DNA of 64,000 nt from Phallusia mammillata (Eukaryota), in the NCBI GenBank assembly GCA_965637545.1, contig OZ281496.1:29016001-29080000 (forward strand). Direction: 5' to 3'. The position numbers and the translations under genes are program-made. Positions 1 to 13,200 of this stretch are shown one piece after another (the first letter of the stretch is position 1; each line of letters starts with the position of its first letter). The notes below the pieces were generated by a model. That model did not search any database and was not told the DNA's origin. It saw nothing but the letters and a program-made list of their open reading frames with translations.

Positions 1-54
1 TTGTAAAGTCAAACACAGTGATTGGTAGTGTTCCCTTAATAAACATGTTATGTA

Positions 55-1060
55 AAGTACAAACTGTCCTAAATCTCATGCAATTCAGATATTTTTATAA
101 GTTTGTTTGCCTAAATAGCGTGAAGCACTGACATCTCAAATGGCATATTATACAAACTGTCAAAATGTCATTTCACTCAAATATTGTTAAAAAATTCACC
201 CATTTTGAGGGGATAGTAGGGTAAATGTTAGGGCAGCAGGGTGAAACACAATAATCGACAGCTATAAATGCCAAATTCTACAAACTGTCAAAAAATCATC
301 CAATTCGGACAGGGTTTAAAAATTTCACCCATTTTAGGGGGCTAATGGAGTAAATATTGGGGCTACAGGGTGAAACACAACAATCAACGCCTTAAAATTG
401 CAAACTATACAAGCTATCCAAATTTTATCCAAATCAGACATTGTTTAAAATTTTACCCTTTTTCGGGGGCTAGTGGGGTAAATATTGGGACTACAGGGTG
501 AAACATAACAATCGACGCCCTAAAATGGAATAATAAACAAACTGTCCAAATTTCATCCAAATCGGACATTGTTTAAAATTTTACCCATTTTAGGGGGTTA
601 GTCGAGTAAATATTGGGGCTACAGGGTGAAACACAACAATCGACGCCCTTTAGTTGAACAATGAACAAACTGTCCAAATTTCATCCAAATCGGACATTGT
701 TTAAAATTTTACCCATTTTAGGGGGCTAGTGGGGTAAATATTGGGGCTACAGGGTAAAACACAACAATCGTCGCCCTAAAATGGAACAATGAACAAACTG
801 TCCAAATTTCATCCAAATCATTGTTTACAATTTACCCATTTTAGGGGGCGAGTGGGGTAAATACTGGGGCTACAGGGTAAAACACAACAAATGGCACATC
901 TACATAACTATATCTTTCATCTGTGAAAATTTCATCCAAATCCATCAAACATTTCAAGGCAAAACGAGGTGGACAAACTTTGGGAAGAAAAAGAAAAAGA
1001 AAAAAAAAGAAAACAAATCGAGTAAAATCAATATGTGTCACCTTCAGGGAAGGGGACCCA
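55..1060. repeat. Tandem array of about six to seven ~128-bp units, ending in a small hairpin; possibly a non-autonomous Helentron (HINE-like) element
   Basis: The anchor GGGGCTACAGGGTGAAACACAACAAT recurs near 229, 359, 488, 615, 743 and 866 (spacing 123-130), with AAATTTCATCCAAATCGGACATTG in most units. A hairpin GTC-A-CCTTC/AGG/GAAGG-G-GAC lies at 1037-1057. The repeat is seen directly; the HINE assignment is inference. Confidence 0.75.
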
Positions 1061-1260
1061 TAATTAGCCGGATAAAGTGAAAAATACTGCACAAATGAGG
1101 GAGACTGTAAAGTCAGGCCCTAATCAAGCAAGTTTTATTTAAATTTAAGTCCGAAACCCAGCCATACAGCCTGGCCCGACTTACTACTCTTTTTACATGA
1201 TATATCCTATGATTATGCGATGCAATTTTTGCTGGTGGATATAGAATGGTGTAGGCTTAC

Positions 1261-4200
1261 CCCATTTCCATTGCACGAGTCAGAACAGGTGAGAATAGGC
1301 ATTGCAGAGCAGGTTCCGTCAGAGCAAACCTAAAATTTTGGTAAAATTATTATAGTTATACGTTGTTTCTGGTATAAATTATATAATCACGAGGCAGGAG
1401 CGACTGAATATGAAAAATTGAGACATTAGTGTCATACAATAAGCAGAAATCACAGCACATGAGGTCCAATAAAGACGTTATACCGAGTCAAGCTGGTACA
1501 TCTACACTAAAATGTCATACAATATGCTGATTGAACTTTTGTTTGGGACGAGTTTTAACTATCTTTTAAAATTACCATTCCTCCAAGTAATCATTTGTAT
1601 TTAGTGTTCTTTGTATTTAGTATATAACAAACTTAGACGTCATTACGAACAAAACGTACCATTCCATTACCACATGTTGAACCATCCTTTACAAGACCTG
1701 GGTCGCTTACATCACTTGCATTGGCGTCAGAGTGCGTTGTTTTACATACAGTTTTAACACCATCGATCGTGATTGTGTTCTTATAAGCGTTGTAATTACG
1801 GTTCACAATAGGGTGAGTGTTGCCACCGGTGCACTGCAGTTTTCCACATTTTGCGTTCCTGAAATAGATGTGTTAGAATTCTAGCTGATACCAATGAAAC
1901 TGGAAAATGGGATAGGTTTGTTTAAAAAATCGGTTCAAAATGTCATGTATCCGGTATCAGGTTTCAACCGGTTTGGAGGTTCGGTAAGTGCCAGAAACCG
2001 GCTTTAATCAGTTTGAAACTCAAATATTCCGGCGAAAACCCACTCAAACCGTTTTTTTTCTCAAATTTTTGAGCCCCCCAAACCGAAAAATGAGAAAGAC
2101 TTTGGCTTTCAAAAAGGGTCAAAGTTTTCTTTTAAACAACAACTTACTCTTCCGAGCATTTGACAAACTTTCCATTGTCGTCTTTTCCACAATTTCCATT
2201 CTTAGTTCCTCGCTTGTTCACCAGTTGATAGCAGATATCAGCCCCGTTGACCGCGCCTAAAACCATAGGTAAAACTTTAGTGCAGAAATTCGCACCAAAA
2301 AATCATTTTGAAAAGTTTAACATATGGTTCATAGTCTGATAAAGTGGACGATTTTGCAAATGGGTAACATCAAACGCAAAAATGTCAAAATCAAGAAAAA
2401 GCCAATCGAAGATTGATGCTACAGTACACGCCTGAAACCCGGTCCTAACCCAACGTTTTTTTAAAAACTTGAAAGATAGATTTATTATCTGTAAAGTTAC
2501 TAATCAAATGATGCAGCGTGCACAGTCAGGGCTAAATACAGCCAGTTTCATTTAAACCCCAACCAGGTCCGACTACTCTATGGCAACCACATATGGGACG
2601 ACGAGCACATGGAATTCCAAAAACCAGCCTAGCCCATAGCGGGCTTCTCGCTTTGCCACAGTTGCCACGTCAAACAGCAACAAATACACGAGGCCTTACC
2701 TGGACCCCAAACGTTCTCGCATTGCAAATCAAGCGTAAGACAGATTCCTTCGAAACACATAGCAGTGTTTGACTGGCAACCCATACCGTTCTCCATGTAC
2801 ACGTTCCCAGGACACTGGATAAAACAAATAAATGTTGAGATCAAGGTCCAAGACAACAGTATTATAGAGTAATGTAATTGTTTAGTTTAGTCTCAATGTC
2901 ATGAGGTACTATACATATACATGCATATTATAGGGGTTTGAGCAGTTAAGTAACTATACTAGAGATGCTGCAGTATGGCTGTTTCATCATTTAACTACCA
3001 GAACCGCAAACATTTGTCAAAGGAACGCCACTGAACGTAAATTTAAGTTCAGAATTAATACTGTTATCACTTTAAACACTTGTTTCCTGTGACGAAATTA
3101 AGCCCTAAACGAACCAACACAATAAAACGACTCAAACCACTATGACTATATACTGCCGCGAAACGTAAATGAACGAACTATATCACTTATGGTCAAATTT
3201 ATACATACGTTATGACAAAACAAGCGGTGCATATAAAACATACAGGATGGATTGGTGCATCTTAACAGCACTTGGTGCACATATATCGATATATTAGACG
3301 CTTGGATGGATGTTAAGGTGCATAAAGTGGTAAGTATGCACCAGGCGGTATAATTGTGCCCAATTGGTGATTTTAATGCGATTCTGTATATTTTAAATGC
3401 ACCCTAAAAACCAAACCCTCAACCACTTAACAGCCTAACACAATAAAACAGAACACAAGTCATACGTTCTGTGAGTGACCGGTGCAGAATTCAGGCAAAT
3501 CACATTCGTTTCCATTCGTGTCTCTACACACTGTCCCTGCCCTCGTGTATTTGCATGACTCACAACAAATGCCAGAGTCGCATTCAGCATGTGACATCAG
3601 TTTGCACGTCGTTGAATTGCAGCATTGACTGCGGATAAAAACACAAAAATTAACCCTCACTTTTGGGAAACTTTTCTGAAAAAAAAAATTGAGATTAATA
3701 TGCCGGCATGGAGGCATTACAAAATATGTAAGCCGGAGACAGTGCACATTATGACTTCGCTAACCTATACGGCCAACTTTTGTCACCAGCTGCACTGTGC
3801 ACTCTATGCAACTTCAAAAATCTCTTTGAACCCTACAAACCAGGACTTCTACATCTTTTTACTTCGCCACCCACTTATGTATGCTAATTATAGAAGTAAA
3901 TGATCGTTTCACCCACAAACGTAACAGTATGAACAGAATGACTAATATGCGTGGCGCCTACCCAATTTACAAAGCGCCCACAATTTGGTTCTATCGATCA
4001 GGTTAGAAGGCCTAAAATGGAGTTAAATAGTTTGTCGAGTCAAATCAAAGTATTGTATGCATTACCATCTTATCAACTTTATTATTGATAAACGAATTCG
4101 TCAATCACCAGGGACGCCGAGACCCATTGAGGGGACTCATAGTATTATAATACTATACAACGTTAAGATGAACATAAATTCATAACTGGAATCAACACTG

Positions 4201-7200
4201 AAGCGTAAACAAGCGATCACGGCACATTCACATATAGACCCAGAAAGACTCCTGATGTGGGTTCGAATCCCACCGCAGGCTAGACTTTTCTAGCATATGG
4301 CTTGCCATATGGCAGTGGTTCTCAAACTTTTTTTGTTGCGACGCCTCTGGAAAAGTTTTCTGGACCTGCGACGCACCAGCAAATAAAATTTAAAGGGGAA
4401 ACTTATTTTTAAAGTTGCGTTTATTGATTCAACAACAAAAAGCCACGAAACCGAACTATTTTGCGATGCCCTTGGAAAATTGAAACGACGCACCAGGGCG
4501 TCGCGACGCACAGTTTGAAAACTACTGCCATATGGGAATGCTTGGTGAACGGCCGATTCGGTATAACGCCTCCAATGGACCTGACGTACTGTGATTTATG
4601 GATGAGTATGCCGTGATTGCTGGTCTGCATCGACGCTTCAGGGATGATCCCAGTATGAATGGACTCATCTTAGATAACGTTGTATAGCATTTGTTACTAT
4701 GGGTCGCCTTCCATAAAGGGAACATAAGTTTTTGTCTGCATTTTTTTTCTTTGTCTAAAGCTGGTTTGTTCCAAGCGTTTGGTCAAAAACGATTTCCTAT
4801 TCAAATTTATTTCTGATTCTTTATTACGCCTTTAATGGGTCTGCCTTGCTATGATGTACTATACAGCGTTTAACACAATTTTGGCCCATGTTAATCATCC
4901 CAAGTACGACTTTTCATAAAAATATACAGACTGAGAATATAGACCTACCTTGTGCAGTCCTCTGGCAATCCACAATCACATTCTTCTCCAGTTTCAACAA
5001 TGTCATTCCCACATTTAGGTCCTCCATACAAACGATCAGGTTCGGGGACATTTAGGAGGCAATTGCCAAGTCCGAGTTTTAAACTTTGTTGGAGATAAGT
5101 TTCACTACATGATGACCAGGCTTTAGACGATGAAAACCTAGAGATAAAAATTGCAAGACTTTGAGACTGCTGTATACTAACTGCACAAACCACGTAGCTT
5201 AGTAAGGTGTTGAAAAAAGAATTCACATTTTCTACAACATGGCCTTGACGGTATCGTTTATTATTATGTTAACGATATTTCTAAATTGAATTATTACCAA
5301 GAAGTATATTTTACAGAGGTGGAGTTGCACTAATTCCTAATCTAAAGTAACATCAAGGGAAAAAAAAACGTTTTTCTGGAGTTGACCATCTTCATGTGAC
5401 AAACAACGAACACAGAAAACGCATACTCAACAAATTGGCAACAAGGAACTAGGCCGACTAAACGAAAATTTCAACCAAGTTTTTGTTTTTGAAAAAAGAA
5501 AATGTATCACACCGAAATCGAGCTACATGTAAAAAAATATCCACCTTCTCTAAAACAACATTTAAAGCGTAGATGGTTTGTAAAAACGTAATTATTTCGA
5601 CCCTGGTGAGATAAAAATTCCACAGGTAACACCAATAACAGGTAAGACCTAGCCTAAATCTGAGTTAATCCCGCAAAGGTGTGTATAAACATGTGTACTT
5701 ATTTGTGAAGTTTTAAGGCAGACAACAATGATCCGATTATTCTTGTATATAAATCGTGCGATTTGGTTCGTAGAAAACCAATCTAGGAAGTTACCAAATG
5801 CTACGTATTAAGTAGATTGTATAAAAGCAATGAGCTTTATTATAAAGGTAAGTGAGCAAAACCTGTTGGTTGCACTAGTCTTCACGGCCAATCGCTTGTC
5901 ACCGGCTGGATAGATATGACCTTACAAGATGATACAGTGTGTATATCTATAGCAGGCTTAAAAAGTCATTTATTATTCTGTTTAAGTAATTTGACACCAT
6001 CAATGTATTTTTCAAATATAATGTGATTTAGGAGAGGTATAGTAATAATACAGTAGCAAAGCCTATTGGTTACACTAGTCTTCACGGCTAATGGCTTGTC
6101 AACAGTTGGATATGACCTTACAAGTCGAAACTCTGTGTACATCTACAGCAGGGTAAATTGCAACCGTTAAAAAGTCATTCATTATTTTTCTGAATTAATT
6201 TGGCATCATCAATGTGTTTTTCACATATAATGTGATTCAGGAGAGCCATTACCACCAAATGCTACTCATTAAGTACATTTCATAAAAACAGTAAGGCATT
6301 ATTATAAAGATAAGTTAGTGTAGCCTGGATACACTAGTCTTTTCGGCCAATGTTGTATCACCAGCTTTGTGATATGCCCTTAGAGATCGACACACATACA
6401 CTGTCTGCAATTAACCAGACCGCAACCTAAAAGTGTAATATAATACGTTTGAATCTTTTTGTATAATTTGGCATCACCATTACCTTATTCAAATAGAATC
6501 TATTTGTCTTTATATTAAAGTAGAATCGAATGACGTTCTCCGTTGTGATAATACACGCTAATCCATTGTCAGTTCGGCGGAGAGAGTAAAGCAGTTTTGA
6601 AGCATGTAATTTGTCCTTAATTACAGAACCAAATAACAACGTGCAGAATGAAAATTTGACATTCGTACAAGTATTATTATTAACGATCTTCGTTCTATCG
6701 CTCATAACTTAATACTAAAGAAAGATCATGTTTGAAAACTGTTCTCAAGATTGAATGATTCGCGTTGATTCAAGTGGTTCAAAACGCAATAATCTAAGAG
6801 AGATTTTGTTAAAATGGAACTTGAGCGTCAAAGTATACAACTCGGTAATAGCATCAGCGATTTGTCAAAATTTTAGATAAACAGTTCTTAGCTTTTTGAA
6901 CAAGCATATCTAAACCTGAAATGTAGAACAAACAACACAAGGCTTTGCGAAAGTAAAATGTGACCCCTTGTTAATTGATGGACATTTCGTATTGAATAAC
7001 GACCCTTGTTGCCGGGACGAAACCAAAAAACCGGTAAAAACAATTGGCGCAAGAAAAGAATGATTTTGTGAAATTAAAACTGCTTGAGAACGCCCGAAAA
7101 CGAAAAACGAACTGCTTTCAGGTTTTTGAGAATAATACAGTAGAAGGATATACTAAGAGCTTCGTTTTAAACGTTGTTTACAGCAACTTACCAATAAACA

Positions 7201-10200
7201 ATTTGAACACATATGGCTCCCTTGGGCAACGATAAAAAACATGATTTTAGCGAATTTAACAACTAGACACTGGATGCTTTACGAGCGCCAGTTAAATAAA
7301 TTGCTACAGACAAAAAAACATATTTTAACTAAACAGGTTTTTTTTTGCTACACAAGTTCTATGCCACCACTTTTTAAATAATAAGTTACATCATTACACA
7401 TATTTTATCACCCCGTTGGTGCCGGTTTGTAGCCGCGCAAGCTTGTCATACTGTTTTTTTATGCGTTTGTCGCTTTAAATGAAATTGTTCTTTCAATATA
7501 TGCCATTATCCTGATCGAAATGTCGATTTATTTATTATAAAACTGCTGGAAAAGCATTACTCGCTTTTACAGTATTACACCTTCAACAAATCAGCCCTAT
7601 TGTCCAATAAAAAAATACTTCGACACTTTAAAGTACAATGTGTGTATTTTCGGAGGCAGAATACGAAGCTAAAATCGCCTAAAATGGCCAAAGTATAACA
7701 GCCTCTGATCTAGTCATCTGCAACAATGCCGTGTAAAAAGCACCTGGTGAGAATAAATGGAAATGGCGTTACACTGCTAGCTAGGAACCAGTATCGGTTA
7801 CGACCTCTTCAGGTTCCAAGAAACAAAAGCGCCAAATTTGAGTCAAAACCCAAATTCCAGCTGAATTAAAACCTTGAAAAATTGGTTTGTTTAAAAAAAC
7901 ACTGTTGGGTAAAAATTCATGACGAAAGAATATATAAATGTACAATTATTGAGGAAACAAATCAAACATCAGCTAATACAAATCATAGGTAAAGAAATTC
8001 AAACTAGATTATAATCTTTGAAACAATTTGAACACAATTAAGCACCCAACGATATTTTAAACACGGTAGGACAAGAATAATGGACGAAAAATGTACAACT
8101 TTAACATTGACTATTAAAATTTATAAGTAAAGAAAACTTAATTCAGACAGAAACATATACTTGCAAAACAATTAAACTCCATGGGCAATATAAGAAGAAT
8201 TTAAAAACAAAGCGTTTAATTTCTGCACCGACATTTTAAGTTTATCAATGTAGGGGACATTTGATTTCAAGTTTTTACCTTGTACGTGACTTTCATTGAT
8301 CACGATGGGAGAAACTGGCTTATGAGCGCACGTGATCAGCCAGTCATGATGAGTCGAAGTCAGCTGATTAATTAATTAATCGCAATGCACCGTTGTCACC
8401 TGGGCTGTGCAATTCAGCTTTACTATGTGGTCATATATGGTGCTTAACGCCATTTGATTGCAGACTATTTATGGAAATTTAATTGACGCTAAAACGAAGG
8501 TAAATGTGAAGAAGCCATCAATTTCACAAGTAATTAAACTATATACAGAATCCGTTACTGTAAATTGCCTTACACCAAGTAACGCTTTGAATAGGGGTGG
8601 CAATTTATTATTTTGTCTTATATTGTTACGATAAAAGTGTTTCAATTTGGCAATATCTAAACCTCGAACAATGTTAAAGGATTGTTGTCTCTAATACAAT
8701 AATTTTGTAACAACGACAAAGGGCAAAGCATTGAAAAAAAAGTCAAGTTAAAAACACAAAACTAAAAAGCATTTTGTTTAAATCAACATGAATTTTATGT
8801 ATTTTTATGTTAGTCCTAACTATGTCTGTTTGCATTATACTGTGGTTTGTTAATTTAGTTTTTAATATTTGACATTTTGTATGTTGTTTTTACAATTATT
8901 CTTTTCAAACAGTGATTTGAAATACTGCTGGATTTCCAGTTGCTTGAACATGTCAGAATTTCAAAGGTGTAGCTGTAATGTGTTTTTTTTACTCAGAATT
9001 TGGCACTGTAGTTCCCTGGAATATGACCTCATGGTCACTCTCACTCATACAGGGTTCTTGCTAGTAGAAGGAAGTAATACGTAATTTCCGTTCGTTTTCA
9101 TAGGTAGTTTTTACAGGGCATTGTTATAATAGATGACCATTGGCTACTATCTCACATTTTTTATATTAAGCGAAACAAAAATAAGGAAGAATTTGCAGCA
9201 AAACTACCAAACCTTTTTAAAAACACAATATCATATAAGCACAAATTTATTTACTTATTTCATGAACGAATTACGTCATGTAACAGCTGTGTAACAAACA
9301 AGGTGATATCCCGAATGTAAACGGATAATTATCGATTTGCTAATTGTTAACAAACCGCATGTTGACCAAAATTCGACACCAATGACTTGAACCACTAACA
9401 ACCCGGCAAAATACTTTTCAATTGGCTTGTCAACAACCGCGTTTATGCGCAAAACGTGACTGAAAAACCATTCTCATTCAATGGTGCAAGTATGGAAGGA
9501 GAAACATCGGTCGTTTAAAAGTCTTGTAGAAAACGTGATGACTCATCAAATGGGTCGATTTATCGGATTGTACAAGACGGCCTAAAACGTCTGTTTTATG
9601 AAATTCCCTTACGAAGGATTGAAAACAGATGCGAGCTAGTGTTTGCGTTGAGTTGTGGCGTGCTTGCGTTTATTTTTCCACTTCGTTTATCGCGCACTGT
9701 ACTACGCGCATTCAGTGTTATTTACCCTGATGCAGGCGACTGGTATAGGACGTCGAAAATTCGAAAAAAATATAAATACTCTGGAACCTTGATAGCTTAA
9801 ATATAGATGTGAACCACATGTTTTAAGTTTCAATTTACGGTTTTCCTTCCTCAGGACACTTCGACTCACCCAAATTTTGCATAACATATTATACCTATTT
9901 GTAATAAAGATATAGAACACATTAGAGAGGCGGGATAAAGGTTGTATGGAGCCTTGGCTCTGACTTGAAAACGGGGCCCAGTCATACATAAGAGTACATA
10001 TAAAACTGTATCTAATTGGGCAAAAACAGTAAAACATTTGGCGGACCCAACTGTAAACCAGTCAGTGCCATTATTCTGTGTTAACAATTCAAGTGGGTGT
10101 CATGAAAACCCAAACTACTTGTTTTCCAAACAACACGTTTCAGCACAAATTGACTCATTTCAAAGTTTTGACGCGCATTCCTTACTACAGGTCGAGTGAT

Positions 10201-13200
10201 GCCGCTGTTAGGCGAAAAATAAACAAGAGAAGCTTGTTGATTATGTAAATGATGAATTGCTGGACGCGTTAGCTAGGATTGGCAGACGTGGAATGCGGAA
10301 AAGCCAGACGGATGCATTTCCTTAAAACCGACATCTGGCTTGGCTACATGTTAACCGAAAGCATATGATTGACAACACTTAAGAAGCGCAAAATTACGGG
10401 TTTGTATGGCGAGATATAACTAAAGATTTAGTGTTATCAAAATTGTTCAGCTTGCAACACACCAACATACAATCCTATTCACACTTATATTGTTCACACT
10501 TTACAGGCAAAACATAGTTATTTTACGAAAACTTGCTTAGATGTGATAGATAGGACTGCTTTTGGTAACAAAACAGAATAAAGTCCAGGTATTGTTATGC
10601 ACGCTCGCATTTCATCATGACCTAACATGCGCGACTTTACAAAAGCAAATCTTTTGGCAGATACAGTTTTAAGGTATTTAATCCAAGTCAAGGTTGCGAA
10701 ACACTGATTAGGCAGACCATGACTTTTGCCACGTTACACCATATTCTTGACAAAGTGCTAACAGAGCCGATTTTAAATGTATATTGCTATTCAATATTAC
10801 GACATTTTTTGTTGTTGCACCAGGTCATGCGACATATGGTTGTTGGGCAAGACGGCAATGATTTATGCGGTGCTTATAAAATGTGATTACTTCAGCTGTT
10901 TACTTGCAAGTTTTCTGTGCCCGCAGGCTAACCATGGCCCGTGAACTCACTCATTGCAGGCAAAACAACATGCTTGCGCTTGTGGGTGTTTAATACGGAA
11001 GTAGTATTGGCGTGTTTATGTCAATGTGTAAGGGTCAAATTACAGCTAAAAACATCTGGAAAAGAGTCATCAATGTAGTCACCAAAGAACCTCTCTACTT
11101 TTTTTTAAATGTCCAAAACATGTTCTTAAGTTCAGAAAATCAATTACTAAGACTGTGAGTAATAATGCGCACAATGTATCAATTTTGTGCTGCTTGTGAT
11201 TACAATTATTAACAGCAAGCTTAAACAACGATTATATAAGCCCCTGTTGTCGACTGTTATAGCACAACGATTATGTATGCCTCTGTTGTCAAAATCATAA
11301 GTTCGGTGCCTGGTGGTATTATTTTTAAATCCAACCAATTGACCAACCCTATTTTGACGGCAAAATTAATCAGTATATGCGGTACGTGCGTTATCCTGAG
11401 CATTGCTCCAACCCCGTGAAATCTGATGTGTTAAACTAAATTGAAGTCACCAAAAAACGATACATTAAATTTCAAGCTAAGCAATCCCTAAGCCCTGACA
11501 ATGAACCAAAATGTCAGCATGTCAAAAAAATACAAGTATGTGTCAACACGTTTGGACTTAACTGTGTCAACGACAAGCATTTTTCCAGATCCCGAACAGA
11601 CCCTTTAATTACAGCGGAAATCAATGGCCATTACAGAGTGACGTAAGGCTGGAGGTTGGGAGACCGGCCTTCAACGAAAATTCACCGAAATAGCCTTAAC
11701 GTGATGTAAGATCACATGATTTGCTCAACTGCTAATTGGGAATTTATCCTTGGTTGAGCGTTTTGAGTCATAAACGATTTGAAAGAACAAGACAAAATTA
11801 AGTTTAAGACCAAATTTCAGCACAGAAATGTGTAGATAAACTATAATAAAAGCAATAAAGAGAAAATCGAATCAATTGTCACAATTATGTTCAGAATTTA
11901 AGACCAATATTCAACTGAGAAATGTAAAAAAAAAAAATTTGAACAGTAATGACAAAAACGCAATAAAGACTGCTGTTACTCCTGTACTTAAAATTAACAG
12001 ATTTGGGAATCCCCTGACATTTTAAATAGAGTTGCTACATTTACAAATATAGTATGAGCAACCAGCCAGGAAGGAAAGACACAACCTTCACCACTGCTAA
12101 ATTTGTAAACCAATGTTTTCGCCAAAAACCACAGTCCATATTCAGTAACCTGCCCTTGCCTGAAATTTACATTTTGGTGGACGAAACATCAGCACAATTA
12201 CAAGTTCCTACAAAACAACTAGTAATTTGTTTAGCATCACACCACAAATTTGTTAAACTAACTTTACTGTTTACAACAGATAGTTGGACTGCCCTACAGA
12301 ATGGCTGTGTTTTACAGAAAACTAAAGTATTTGGTAATTAAAAAGCAATAAACGTCCACAAGAAGTGTTGAAACCAAAGCAAACCACTATAAAACTGACA
12401 TAACTAAGAATAAGACAATCAAGTAGATTTAAACTTGCTTATCATACCACTAACTCTTAAATTCCTTTTAATGGCTTAACAAATTTATGCCAAAAGGTAT
12501 TTTTTGAGTTACACGGGGTCATGCTTCTGCAAATTTTGTTTAAAAAACAAATATAATTTAGTTGTTCTTACCCTGATGAAGGAGCCATGAGGCAATCGAC
12601 ATCCCTTGGGCATGAGCAGTCAGGCGTATCGTGGTTCATCCCAAAATTATGTCCCATCTCATGAGCTATCGTTGCGGCAACCTTCACTGTAGCGCTCTTG
12701 TCCTAAAACCAAGTAATAACTTCAAGAACTATTCAAGGAGGCTAACATATTCCATTTAAAGGACAAACAAGGTACTAGATTTTAGTGTTGGACTAGTTTT
12801 GACACCATTTGGAGTTTGGATTAAAAAATATTTTTGTAAAGGGTCACAGACTATGTGGTTTTAGATGGTAGAAAATTCAACAAATCTTTTACAGACTCAT
12901 ATATATCTGACTTAAGAGCATTAAAAACACTGGTCTACATCAAATATATATACTTAGACTTCATTAGCATGTAAACCCCTGTAAACCAAGTTTCGATAAT
13001 TGAAAGGTCCACCAATTAACTACACATACTGAAATTGTTACAAATTGTGTTTCTTTACACAAGAAACATTGATATACAAGTTCTGAAAGTAGTGCAGAAA
13101 ACAGTAATGTAAAATCACAGCAGCAGTGCATACCTCATTGACACCTCCTGATCTTGTTCCGCACATTGTTCCAACTGTTGCCATGCCAATTGTGGCCCCG

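Noticed and set aside
186-900. CRISPR array
   Set aside because: The whole ~128-bp unit repeats with no unique spacers; there are no cas genes and the context is eukaryotic.
6427-7235. ORFs 6427-6705 and 7044-7235 in ADAM intron 9
   Set aside because: Non-ATG or low-complexity AT-rich frames without recognisable domains or a consistent splice structure.
9532-9570. GATGACTCATCAAATGGGTCGA hairpin as another hammerhead
   Set aside because: A helix-II-like stem is present, but the CUGANGA and GAAA cores are incomplete.
12570-12600. CCCTGATGAAGG resembling a hammerhead core
   Set aside because: It is the antisense of the ADAM exon end (APSSG|GT); there is no helix II or GAAA.
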